Positions 40,001 to 53,540 of a stretch of 64,000 nt of DNA are shown piece by piece. The translations under genes were made by a program, and so were the position numbers. The notes below the pieces were generated by a model. The model saw only the letters and a list, made by a program, of their open reading frames with translations, searched no databases and had not been told where the DNA came from. Within the stretch, counting starts at the first letter, position 1, and the number at the start of each line of letters is the position of its first letter. Source of the stretch: Mobula hypostoma. Taxonomy: Eukaryota. The stretch covers positions 105,774,001 to 105,838,000 of the forward strand of contig NC_086097.1 in assembly GCF_963921235.1 (NCBI RefSeq). Direction: 5' to 3'.

Positions 40001-43000
40001 TCTTCATTGCCTCCCCTCCATCCTTGCATCCGGACATGCCCATCTACATTGCCCCCCCCATCCCTACATCAGGACATGCCCATCTACATTGCCCCCCCTC
40101 CATCCCTACATCAGGACATGCCCATCTACATTGCCCCTGTCTCTGCATCAAGACATGCCCATTTACATTGCCCCCCTGTCTCTGCATCAGGACATGCCCA
40201 TCTACATTGCCCCTGTCTCTGCATCAAGACATGCCCATCTACATTGCCCCCCTGTCTCTGCATCAGGACATGCCCAACTACATTGCCCCTGTGTCTCTGC
40301 ATCAGGACATGCCCATCTACATTGCCCCCCTGTCTCTGCATCAAGACATGCCCATCTACATTGCCCCCCTGTCTCTGCATCAGGACATGCCCATCTACAT
40401 TGCCCCCTGTCCCTGCATCAGGACATGCCCATCTACATTGCCCCCCAACCCTGCATCGGGACATGCCCATCTACATTGCCCCCCTGTCCCTGCATCAGGA
40501 CATGCCCATCTACATTGCCCCCTGTCCCTGCATCAGGACATGCCCATCTACATTGCCCTTGTCCCTGCATCAGGACATGCCCATCTACATTGCCCCCTGT
40601 CCCTGCATCAGGACATGCCCATCTACATTGCCCCCCATCCCTGCATCAGGACATGCTGATCTACATTGCCCCCCATCCCTGCATCAGGACATGCCCATCT
40701 ACGTTGCCCCCCCTCCATCCCTGCATCCGGACATGCCCATCTACATTGCCCCCCCTCCATCCCTACATCAGGACATGCCCATCTACATTGCCCCCCCTCC
40801 ATCCCTACATCAGGACATGCCCATCTACATTGCCCCTGTCTCTGCATCAAGACATGCCCATCTACATTGCCCCCCTGTCTCTGCATCAGGACATGCCCAA
40901 CTACATTGCCCCTGTGTCTCTGCATCAGGACATGCCCATCTACATTGCCCCCCTGTCTCTGCATCAAGACATGCCCATCTACATTGCCCCCCTGTCTCTG
41001 CATCAGGACATGCCCATCTACATTGCCCCCTGTCCCTGCATCAGGACATGCCCATCTACATTGCCCCCTGTCCCTGCATCGGGACATGCCCATCTACATT
41101 GCCCCCCTGTCCCTGCATCAGGACATGCCCATCTACATTGCCCCCAACCCTGCATCGGGACATGCCCATCTACATTGCCCTTGTCCCTGCATCAGGACAT
41201 GCCCATCTACATTGCCCCCCTGTCCCTGCATCAGGACATGCCCATCTACATTGCCCCCCATCCCTGCATCAGGACATGCCCATCTACATTGCCCCCCTGT
41301 CCCTGCATCAGGACATGCCCATCTACATTGTCCCCCTGTCCCTGCATCAGGACATGCCCATCTACATTGCCCCCCTGTCCCTGCATCAGGACATGCCCAT
41401 CTACATTGCCCCCCTGTCCCTGCATCAGGACATGCCCATCTACATTGTCCCCCATCCCTGCATCAGGACATGCCCATCTACATTGCCCCCCTGTCCCTGC
41501 ATCAGGACATGCCCATCTACATTGCCCCCCTGTCCCTGCATCAGGACATGCCCATCTACATTGCCCCCCATCCCTGCATCAGGACATGCCCATCTACATT
41601 GCCCCCCTGTCCCTGCATCAGGACATGCCCAACTACATTGCCCCTGTGTCTCTGCATCAGGACATGCCCATCTACATTGCCCCCCTGTCTCTGCATCAAG
41701 ACATGCCCATCTACATTGCCCCCCTGTCTCTGCATCAGGACATGCCCATCTACATTGCCCCCTGTCCCTGCATCAGGACATGCCCATCTACATTGCCCCC
41801 CAACCCTGCATCAGGACATGCCCATCTACATTGCCCCCCTGTCCCTGCATCAGGACATGCCCATCTACATTGTTCCCTTGTCCCTGCATCAGGACATGCC
41901 CATCTGCATTGCCCCCCATCCCTGCATCAGGACATGCCCATCTACATTGTCCCCCTGTCCCTGCATCAGGACATGCCCATCTACATTGCCCCCCATCCCT
42001 GCATCAGGACATGCCCATCTACATTGCCCCCCCTCCATCCCTGCATCCGGACATGCCCATCTACATTGCCCCCCCTCCATCCCTACATCAGGACATGCCC
42101 ATCTACATTGCCCCCCCTTCATCCCTGCATCAGGACATGCCCATCTACATTGCCCCCCTGTCTCTGCATCAGGACATGCCCATCTACATTGCCCCTGTCT
42201 CTGCATCAAGACATGCCCATCTACATTGCCCCCCTGTCTCTGCATCAGGACATGCCCAACTACATTGCCCCTGTGTCTCTGCATCAGGACATGCCCATCT
42301 ACATTGCCCCCCTGTCTCTGCATCAAGACATGCCCATCTACATTGCCCCCCTGTCTCTGCATCAGGACATGCCCATCTACATTGCCCCCTGTCCCTGCAT
42401 CAGGACATGCCCATCTACATTGCCCCCCAACCCTGCATCGGGACATGCCCATCTACATTGCCCCCCTGTCCCTGCATCAGGACATGCCCATCTACATTGC
42501 CCCCAACCCTGCATCGGGACATGCCCATCTACATTGCCCCCCTGTCCCTGCATCAGGACATGCCCATCTACATTGTCCCCCATCCCTGCATCAGGACATG
42601 CCCATCTACATTGCCCCCCTGTCCCTGCATCAGGACATGCCCATCTACATTGTCCCCCATCCCTGCATCAGGACATGCCCATCTACATTGCCCCCCTGTC
42701 CCTGCATCAGGACATGCCCATCTACATTGCCCCCCTGTCTCTGCATCAGGACATGCCCATCTACATTGCCCCCTGTCCCTGCATCAGGACATGCCCATCT
42801 ACATTGCCCCCCATCCCTGCATCAGGACATGCCCATCTACATTGCCCCCCTGTCCCTGCATCAGGACATGCCCATCTACATTGCCCCCTGTCCCTGCATC
42901 AGGACATGCCCATCTACATTGCCCCCTGTCCCTGCATCAGGACATGCCCATCTACATTGCCCCCTGTCCCTGCATCAGGACATGCCCATCTATATTGCCC

Positions 43001-44720
43001 CCTGTCCCTGCATCAGGACATGCCCATCTACATTGTTCCCTTGTCCCTGCATCAGGACATGCCCATCTGCATTGCCCCCCATCCCTACATCAGGACATGC
43101 CCATCTGCATTGCCCCCCATCCCTACATCAGGACATGCCCATCTACATTGCCCCCCATCCCTGCATCAGGACATGCCCATCTACATTGTCCCCCTGTGTC
43201 TGCATCAGGACATGCCCATCTACATTGCTCCCCCTCCCTGCATCAGGACATGCCCATCTGCATTGCCCCCCTGTCCCTGCATCAGGACATGCCCATCTAC
43301 ATTGTCCCCCTGTCCCTGCATCAGGACATGCCCATCTACATTGCCCCCTGTCCCTGCATCAGGACATGCCCATCTACATTGCCCCCTGTCCCTGCATCAG
43401 GACATGCCCATCTACATTGCCCCCTGTCCCTGCATCAGGACATGCCCATCTACATTGCCCCCTGTCCCTGCATCAGGACATGCCCATCTACATTGTCCCC
43501 CTGTCCCTGCATCAGGACATGCCCATCTGCATTGCCCCCCTGTCCCTGCATCAGGACATGCCCATCTGCATTGCCCCCCTGTCCCTGCATCAGGACATGC
43601 CCATCTACATTGCCCCCTGTCCCTGCATCAGGACATGCCCATCTACATTGTCCCCCTGTCCCTGCATCAGGACATGCCCATCTACATTGCCCCCTGTCCC
43701 TGCATCAGGACATGCCCATCTACATTGTCCCCCTGTCCCTGCATCAGGACATGCCCATCTACATTGCCCCCTGTCCCTGCATCAGGACATGCCCATCTAC
43801 ATTGTCCCCCATCCCTGCATCAGGACATGCCCATCTACATTGCCCCCCATCCCTGCATCAGGACATGCCCATCTACATTGCCCCCCATCCCTGCATCAGG
43901 ACATGCCCATCTACATTGTCCCCCTGTCCCTGCATCAGGACATGCCCATCTACATTGCCCCCTGTCCCTGCATCAGGACATGCCCATCTGCATTGCCCCT
44001 CATCCTTGCATCAGGACATGCGCATCTACATTGTCCCCCTGTCCCTACATCAAGACATGCCCATCTGCATTGCCCCTCATCCCTGCATCAGGACATGCCC
44101 ATCTGCATTGCCCCCCTGTCCCTGCATCAGGACATGCCCATCTACATTGCCCCCCATCCCTGCATCAGGACATGCCCATCTACATTGTCCCCCTGTGTCT
44201 GCATCAGGACATGCCCATCTACATTGCCCCCCATCCCTGCATCAGGACATGCCCATCTACATTGCCCCTGTGTCTGCATCAGGACATGCCCATCTGCATT
44301 GCCCCTCATCCCTGCATCAGGACATGCCCATCTATATTGCCCCCTGTCACTGCATCAGGACATGCCCATCTGCATTGCCCCCCTGTCCCTGCATCAGGAC
44401 ATGCCCATCTACATTGTTCCCTTGTCCCTGCATCAGGACATGCCCATCTGCATTGCCCCCCTGTCCCTACATCAGGACATGCCCATCTACATTGTCCCCC
44501 TGTCCCTGCATCAGGACATGCCCATCTACATTGCCCCCTGTCCCTGCATCAGGACATGCCCATCTTCATTGGTCCCTTGTCCCTGCATCAGGACATGCCC
44601 ATCTACATTGCCCCCCTGTCCCTGCATCAGGACATGCCCATCTACATTGTCCCCCTGTCCCTGCATCAGGACATGCCCATCTACATTGCCCCCCATCCCT
44701 GCATCAGGACATGCCCATCT
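31033..44720. repeat. ~39-bp (37-42) C-rich minisatellite, roughly 350 copies, truncated by gap
   Basis: Unit gcccatctacattgcccccctgtccctgcatcaggacat. Length varies through the poly-C tract. Confidence 0.98.
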
Positions 44721-44920
44721 NNNNNNNNNNNNNNNNNNNNNNNNNNNNNNNNNNNNNNNNNNNNNNNNNNNNNNNNNNNNNNNNNNNNNNNNNNNNNNNN
44801 NNNNNNNNNNNNNNNNNNNNNNNNNNNNNNNNNNNNNNNNNNNNNNNNNNNNNNNNNNNNNNNNNNNNNNNNNNNNNNNNNNNNNNNNNNNNNNNNNNNN
44901 NNNNNNNNNNNNNNNNNNNN
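44721..44920. other. Scaffold gap (200 N)
   Basis: A run of exactly 200 N between two different tandem arrays. The true size is unknown. Confidence 0.99.
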
Positions 44921-47900
44921 TTTCAAAGAACTCAGAATCATGTGGGAAGTTAACCAAAGGTGTTTCCATTAGGTTTGCAGTAAGTACCATGGTGTAAAAT
45001 TGAAATGTATACTATTTGTACCGTTAAAGCTTTGTATGCACTGAGATAACAACTTTTTTGACTTGATGTGTAGAGACATGAGACAACTTTCAGACATCTC
45101 AGAATCATGTGGGAAGTTAACCTAAGGTGTTTCCATTAGGTTTGCAGTAAGTACTTTGGTGTAAAATTGAAGTGCATACTAATTGCATTGTCAAAGCTTT
45201 GTACGCACTGAGATAACAACTTTCTTGTCTTGATGTGTAGAGGCATGAAACAACTTTCAAACTACTCATACTCATGTGGGAAGTTAACTTAAAATGTTTC
45301 CGTCAGGTTTGCACTCTGCACTTTGGTGGAAAATTGAAATGTATACAACTTTAATGTCAGAACATTGTATGCACTGAGAAAGCAACTTTTTTGTCTTTAT
45401 GAGCAGAGGCATGAAACAACTTGAAAACTGCTCACCATCATCTGTGAAGGCAACCAAAGTTGTTTCCATCAGGTTTGCAGTAAGTAGATTGGTGTAAAAT
45501 TGAAATGTATACTATTTGTATTGTTATAGCTTTGTATGCACTGAGATAACAACTTTATTGTCTTGATGTGTAGAGGCATGAAACAACTTTCAAACTACTC
45601 ATAATCATGTGGGAAGTTAACCTGAGGTGTTTCCATTAGGTTTGCAGTAAGTACTTTGGTGTAAAATTGAAGTGCATACTAATTGCATTGTCAAAGCTTT
45701 GTACACACTGAGATAACAACTTTTTTGTCTTGATGTGTAGAGGCATGAAACAACTTTCAAACTACTCATACTCATGTGGGAAGTTAACTTCAAATGTTTC
45801 CGTCAGGTTTGCACTCTGAACTTTGGTGGAAAATTGAAATGTATACTACTTGAATGTCAGAACATTGTACGCACTGAGAAAGCAACCTTTTTGTCTTGAT
45901 GAGCAGAGTGATGAAACAACTTTCAAACTACTCATAATCATGTGGGAAGTTAACCAAAGGTGTTTCCATTAGGTTTGCAGTCAGGACTTTTGAGTACAAT
46001 TGAAATGTATACTACTTTTATGTCAAAGCATTGTATTCACTGAGAAATCAACTTTTTTGTCTTTACGTGCAGAGGCATGAAACAACTTTAAAACTACTCA
46101 TAATCATGTTGGAAGTTAACTTAAAATGTTTCCATGAGGTTTGCACTCTGCACTTTGATGTAAAATTGAAATGTATGCTACTTGAATGTCAGAACATTGT
46201 ATGCACTGAGATAACAACTTTTTTGTCTTGATGTGTAGAGACATGAAACAACTTTCAGACATCTCTGAATCATGTGGGAAGTTAACCTAAGGTGTTTCCA
46301 TTAGGTTTGCAGTAAGTACTTTGGTGTAAAATTGAAGTGCATACTAATTGCATTGTCAAAGCTTTGTACGCACTGAGATAACAACTTTCTTGTCTTGATG
46401 TGTAGAGGCATGAAACAACTTTCAAACTACTCATACTCATGTGGGAAGTTAACTTAAAATGTTTCCGTCAGGTTTGCACTTTGCACTTTGGTGGAAAATT
46501 GAAATGTATACAACTTTAATGTCAGAACATTGTATGCACTGAGAAAGCAACTTTTTTGTCTTTATGAGCAGAGGCATGAAACAACTTGAAAACTGCTCAC
46601 CATCATCTGTGAAGGCAACCAAAGTTGTTTCCATCAGGTTTGCAGTAAGTAGATTGGTGTAAAATTGAAATGTATACTATTTGTATTGTCAAAGCTTTGT
46701 ATGCACTGAGATAACAACTTTATTGTCTTGATGTGTAGAGGCATGAAACAACTTTCAAACTACTCATAATCATGTGGGAAGTTAACCTGAGGTGTTTCCA
46801 TTAGGTTTGCAGTAAGTACTTTGGTGTAAAATTGAAGTGCATACTAATTGTATTGTCAAAGCTTTTTTATGCACTCAGATAACAACTTTTTTGTCTTGAT
46901 GTGTAGAGGCATGAAACAACTTTCAAACTACTCATACTCATGTGAGAAGTTAACTTAAAATGTTTCCATCAGGATTGCACTCTGCACTTTGGTGGAAAAT
47001 TGAAATGTATACTACTTGAATGTCAGAACATTGTACGCACTGAGAAAGCAACTTTTTTGTCTTGATGAGCAGAGTCATGAAACAACTTTCAAACTACTCA
47101 TATTCATGTTGGAAGTTACCCAAAGGTGTTTCCTTTAGGTTTGCAGTCAGGACTTTTAAGTACAATTGAAATGTATACTACATTTAAGTCAAAGCATTGT
47201 ATTCACTGAGAAATCAACTTTTTTGTCTTCATGTGCAGAGGCATGAAAGAACTTTCAGACATCTCAGAATCATGTGGGAAGTTAACCTAAGGTGTTTCCT
47301 TTAGGTTTGCAGTCAGGACTTTTGAGTACAATTGAAATGTATACTACTTCTATGTCAAAGAATTGTATTCACTGAGAAATCAACTTTTTTGTCTTTATGT
47401 GCAGAGGCATGAAACAACTTTCAGATATCTCAGAATCATGGTGGAAGTTAACCTAAGGCGTTTCCATTTGGTCTGAAGTCAGTACTTTGGTGTAAAATTG
47501 AAATGTATACTATTTGTATTGTCAAAGCACTGTATGCACTCAGAAAACAACTCTTTTGTCTTGCTGTGCAGAGGCATGAAACAACTTTCAAACATCTCAG
47601 TATCATGTGGGAAGTTAACCTAAGTTGTTTCCATTAGGTTTGCAGTAAATACTTTGGTGTAAAATTGAAATGTATGCTAAGTGTATTGTCAAAGCTTTGT
47701 ATGCATTGAGATAACAACTTTTTTGTCTTTATGAGCAGAGGCATGAAACAACTTGAAAACTGCTCACCATCATCTGTGAAGGCAACCAAAGTTGTTTCCA
47801 TCAGGTTTGCAGTAAGTAGATTGGTGTAAAATTGAAATGTATACTATTTGTATTGTCAAAGCTTTGTATGCACTGAGATAACAACTTTATTGTCTTGATG

Positions 47901-50297
47901 TGTAGAGGCATGAAACAACTTTCAAACTACTCATAATCATGTGGGAAGTTAACCTGAGGTGTTTCCATTAGGTTTGCAGTAAGTACTTTGGTGTAAAATT
48001 GAAGTGCATACTAATTGTATTGTCAAAACTTTTTTATGCACTCAGATAACAACTTTTTTGTCTTGATGTGTAGAGGCATGAAACAACTTTCAAACTACTC
48101 ATACTCATGTGAGAAGTTAACTTAAAATGTTTCCATCAGGATTGCACTCTGCACTTTGGTGGAAAATTGAAATGTATACTACTTGAATGTCAGAACATTG
48201 TACGCACTGAGAAAGCAACTTTTTTGTCTTGATGAGCAGAGTCATGAAACAACTTTCAAACTACTCATAATCATGTGGGAAGTTAACCAAAGGTGTTTCC
48301 TTTAGGTTTGCAGTCAGGACTTTTAAGTACAATTGAAATGTATACTACATTTAAGTCAAAGCATTGTATTCACTGAGAAATCAACTTTTTTGTCTTCATG
48401 TGCAGAGGCATGAAAGAACTTTCAGACATCTCAGAATCATGTGGGAAGTTAACCTAAGGTGTTTCCTTTAGGTTTGCAGTCAGGACTTTTGAGTACAATT
48501 GAAATGTATACTACTTCTATGTCAAAGAATTGTATTCACTGAGAAATCAACTTTTTTGTCTTTATGTGCAGAGGCATGAAACAACTTTCAGATATCTCAG
48601 AATCATGGTGGAAGTTAACCTAAGGCGTTTCCATTTGGTCTGAAGTCAGTACTTTGGTGTAAAATTGAAATGTATACTATTTGTATTGTCAAAGCACTGT
48701 ATGCACTCAGAAAACAACTCTTTTGTCTTGCTGTGCAGAGGCATGAAACAACTTTCAAACATCTCAGTATCATGTGGGAAGTTAACCTAAGTTGTTTCCA
48801 TTAGGTTTGCAGTAAATACTTTGGTGTAAAATTGAAATGTATACTAAGTGTACTGTCAAAGCTTTGTATGCATTGAGATAACAACTTTTTTGTCTTCATG
48901 TGTAGAGGCATGAAACAACTTTCAAACTACTCATAATCATGTGGGAAATCAACCTAAGGTGTTTCCATCAGGTTTGCATTCTGCACTTTGGTGGAAAATT
49001 GAAATGTATACTACTTGAATGTCAGAACATTGTATGCACTGAGAAAGCAACCTTTTTGTCTTGATGAGCAGAGTCATGAAACAACTTTCAAACCACTCAT
49101 AATCATGTGGGAAGTTAACCAAAGGTGTTTCCATTAGGTGTGCTGTCAGGACTTTGGAGTACAATTGAAATGTATACTACATTTATGTCAAAGCATTGTA
49201 TTCACTGAGAAATCAACTTTATTGTCTTCATGTGCAGAGGCATGAAACAACTTTCAGACATCTCAGAATCATGTGGGAAGTTAACCTAAGGTGTTTCCTT
49301 TAGGTTTGCAGTCAGGACTTTTCAGTACAATTGAAATGTATACTAATTTTATGTCAAAGCATTGTATTCACTGAGAAATCAACTTTTTTGTCTTTACGTG
49401 CAGAGGCATGAAACAACTTTAAAACTACTCATAATCATGTTGGAAGTTAATTTAAAATGTTTCCATGAGGTTTGCACTCTGCACTTTGATGTAAAATTGA
49501 AATGTATGCTACTTGAATGTCAGAACATTGTTTGCACTGAGAAAGCAACTTTTTTGTCTTAATGAGCAGAGGCATGAAACAACTTTCAAACTACTCATAA
49601 CGATGTGGGAAAGTAAGCAAAGGTGTTTGCATTAGGTTTGCAGTCCGGACTTTTCAGTACAATTGAAATGTATGTCAGAGAATGTCAAAGAATTCTATTC
49701 ACTGAGAAATCAACTTTTCTGTCTTTATGTGCAGAGGCATGAAACAACTTTCACACATCTCAGAATCATTTGGGAAGTTAACCTAATGTGTTTCCATTAG
49801 GTTTGCAGTAAGTGCTTTGGTGTAAAATTGAAAAGTATACAATTTGTATTATCAAAGCTTTGTATGCACTGAGATAACAAATTTTTTGTCTTGATGTGTA
49901 GTGGCATGAAACAACTTTCAAACTACTCATAATCATGTGGGAAGTTAACCTAAGGTGTTTCCATTAGGCTTGCAGTAAGTACTTTGGTGTAAAATTGAAA
50001 TGAAATCTATTTGTATTCTCAAAGCATTGTATACACTGAGAAAACAACTTGTTTGTCTTGCGGTGCAGAGGCATGAAACAACTTTCACACATCTCAGAAT
50101 CATTTGGGAAGTTAACCTAAGGTGTTTCCATTAGGCTTGCAGTAAGTACTTTGGTGTAAAATTGAAATGAAATCTATTTGTGTTCTCAAAGCATTGTATA
50201 CACTGAGAAAACAACTTGTTTGTCTTGCTGTGCAGAGGCATGAAACAACTTTCAAAGAACTCAGAATCATGTGGGAAGTTAACTTAAAATGTTTCCA

Positions 50298-50722
50298 ACA
50301 GGAATTCTGCAGATGCTGGAAATTCAACCAACATACATCAAAGTTGCTGGTGAACGCAGCAGGCCAGGCAGCATCTATAGGAAGAGGCGCAGTCGACGTT
50401 TCAGGCCGAGACCCTTCGTCAGGACTAACTGAAGGAAGAGTGAGTAAGGGATTTGAAAGCTGGAGGGGGAGGGGGAGATACAAAATGATAGGAGAAGACA
50501 GGAGGGGGAGGGATGGAGCCGAGAGCTGGACAGCTGATAGGCAGAAGGGGATACGAGAGGATCATGGGACAGGAGGTCCGGGAAGAAAGACGGGGGGGGG
50601 GCGGTGACCCAGAGGATGGGCAAGAGGTATATTCAGAGGGACAGAAGGAGAAAAAGGAGAGTGAGAGAAAGAATGTGTGCATAAAAAAGAGTAACAGATG
50701 GGGTACGAGGGGGAGGTGGGGC
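50298..50722 (-). mobile_element. Penelope-like element 3' end/pLTR (left arm, with tail)
   Basis: Same terminus as 23286 (acaggaattctgcagatgctggaaattcaa), continuing into purine-rich pLTR sequence. Contains a hammerhead motif. Confidence 0.8.
50391..50426 (-). ncRNA. Minimal type I hammerhead ribozyme
   Basis: The reverse complement reads agtc-ctgacga-agggtctcggcct-gaaa-cg-tc-gact, an intact core. Confidence 0.75.
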
Positions 50723-53291
50723 CTCATGGAAACATTTTAAATTAACTTCCAACATGATTATGAGTAGTTTTAAAGTTGTTTCATGCCTCTGCACGTAAAG
50801 ACAAAAAAGTTGATTTCTCAGTGAATACAATGCTTTGACATAAAATTAGTATACATTTCAATTGTACTGAAAAGTCCTGACTGCAAACCTAAAGGAAACA
50901 CCTTAGGTTAACTTCCCACATGATTCTGAGATGTCTGAAAGTTGTTTCATGCCTCTGCACATGAAGACAATAAAGTTGATTTCTCAGTGAATACAATGCT
51001 TTGACATAAATGTAGTATACATTTCAATTGTACTCCAAAGTCCTGACAGCACACCTAATGGAAACACCTTTGGTTAACTTCCCACATGATTATGAGTGAT
51101 TTGAAAGTTGTTTCATGACTCTGCTCATCAAGACAAAAAGGTTGCTTTCTCAGTGCATACAATGTTCTGACATTCAAGTAGTATACATTTCAATTTTCCA
51201 CCAAAGTGCAGAATGCAAACCTGATGGAAACACCTTAGGTTGATTTCCCACATGATTATGAGTAGTTTGAAAGTTGTTTCATGCCTCTACACATCAAGAC
51301 AAAAAAGTTGTTATCTCAATGCATACAAAGCTTTGACAATACACTTAGTATACATTTCAATTTTACACCAAAGTATTTACTGCAAACCTAATGGAAACAA
51401 CTTAGGTTAACTTCCCACATGATACTGAGATGTTTGAAAGTTGTTTCATGCCTCTGCACAGCAAGACAAAAGAGTTGTTTTCTGAGTGCATATAGTGCTT
51501 TGACAATACAAATAGTATACATTTCAATTTTACACCAAAGTACTGACTTCAGACCAAATGGAAACGCCTTAGGTTAACTTCCACCATGATTCTGAGATAT
51601 CTGAAAGTTGTTTCATGCCTCTGCACATAAAGACAAAAAAGTTGATTTCTCAGTGAATACAATTCTTTGACATAGAAGTAGTATACATTTCAATTGTACT
51701 CAAAAGTCCTGACTGCAAACCTAAAGGAAACACCTTAGGTTAACTTCCCACATGATTCTGAGATGTCTGAAAGTTCTTTCATGCCTCTGCACATGAAGAC
51801 AAGAAAGTTGATTTCTCAGTGAATACAATGCTTTGACTTAAATGTAGTATACATTTCAATTGTACTGAAAAGTCCTGACAGCAAACCTAAAGGAAAAACC
51901 TTTGGTTAACTTCCCACATGATTATGAGTAGTTTGAAAGTTGTTTCATGACTCTGCTCATCAAGACAAAAAAGTTGCTTTCTCAGTGCGTACAATGTTCT
52001 GACATTCAAGTAGTATACATTTCAATTTTCCACCAAAGTGCAGAGTGCAATCCTGATGGAAACATTTTAAGTTAACTTCTCACATGAGTATGAGTAGTTT
52101 GAAAGTTGTTTCATGCCTCTACACATCAAGACAAAAAAGTTGTTATCTGAGTGCATAAAATAGTTTTGACAATACAATTAGTATGCACTTCAATTTTACA
52201 CCAAAGTACTTACTGCAAACCTAATGGAAACACCTCAGGTTAACTTCCCACATGATTATGAGTAGTTTGAAAGTTGTTTCATGCCTCTACACATCAAGAC
52301 AATAAAGTTGTTATCTCAGTGCATACAAAGCTTTGACAATACAAATAGTATACATTTCAATTTTACACCAATCTACTTACTGCAAACCTGATGGAAACAA
52401 CTTTGGTTGCCTTCACAGATGATGGTGAGCAGTTTTCAAGTTGTTTCATGCCTCTGCTCATAAAGACAAAAAAGTTGCTTTCTCAGTGCATACAATGTTC
52501 TGACATTAAAGTTGTATACATTTCAATTTTCCACCAAAGTGCAGAGTGCAAACCTGACGGAAACATTTTAAGTTAACTTCCCACATGAGTATGAGTAGTT
52601 TGAAAGTTGTTTCATGCCTCTACACATCAAGACAAGAAAGTTGTTATCTCAGTGCGTACAAAGCTTTGACAATGCAATTAGTATGCACTTCAATTTTACA
52701 TCAAAGTGCTTACTGCAAACCTAATGGAAACACCTTAGGTTAACTTCCCACATGATTCAGAGATGTCTGAAAGTTGTTTCATGTCTCTACACATCAAGAC
52801 AAAAAAGTTGTTATCTCAGTGCATACAATGTTCTGACATTCAAGTAGCATACATTTCAATTTTACATCAAAGTGCAGAGTGCAAACCTCATGGAAACATT
52901 TTAAGTTAACTTCCAACATGATTATGAGTAGTTTTAAAGTTGTTTCATGCCCTGCACGTAAAGACAAAAAAGTTGATTTCTCAGTGAATACAATGCTTTG
53001 ACATAAAATTAGTATACATTTCAATTGTACTGAAAAGTCCTGACTGCAAACCTAAAGGAAACACCTTAGGTTAACTTCCCACATGATTCTGAGATGTCTG
53101 AAAGTTGTTTCATGCCTCTGCACATGAAGACAATAAAGTTGATTTCTCAGTGAATACAATGCTTTGACATAAATGTAGTATACATTTCAATTGTACTCAA
53201 AAGTCCTGACTGCAACCCTAATGGAAACACCTTTGGTTAACTTCCCACATGATTATGAGTAGTTTGAAAGTTGTTTCATCACTCTGCTCAT

Positions 53292-53540
53292 TGTTACGAG
53301 AATACACATAAAATTAAGATGTTTGCTGGCCTGGGCTAGCATCAGTGGCATCAGCAGTTGGTCTGCCACCTGCCCTCAGGGGAAGGAGAGATAAGGAACA
53401 ATGGAGCAGCGTCTGGAGATGTGTAATGAAGGGATGTGGGAGAGAGAGCTGTCTGGAGCGGCTCCCCCCTTTGAACCCTGAACTGTTTTGAAGTGATGGA
53501 CAGGCGATACCCCAGCAGGGGGATAAAAAGGGGGATAAAA
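53292..53540. mobile_element. Truncated LTR-like fragment
   Basis: Non-satellite block starting abruptly with TGTTACG (LTR-type TG end). It ends after a duplicated ggggataaaaag, with no closing CA and no TSD. Confidence 0.55.

Noticed and set aside
31044..44997. Giant His/Cys/Pro-rich ORFs of up to 2703 aa
   Set aside because: They arise in all three frames from a stop-free 39-bp repeat with constant frameshifting through poly-C indels. Some read through Ns, and there is no non-repetitive domain.
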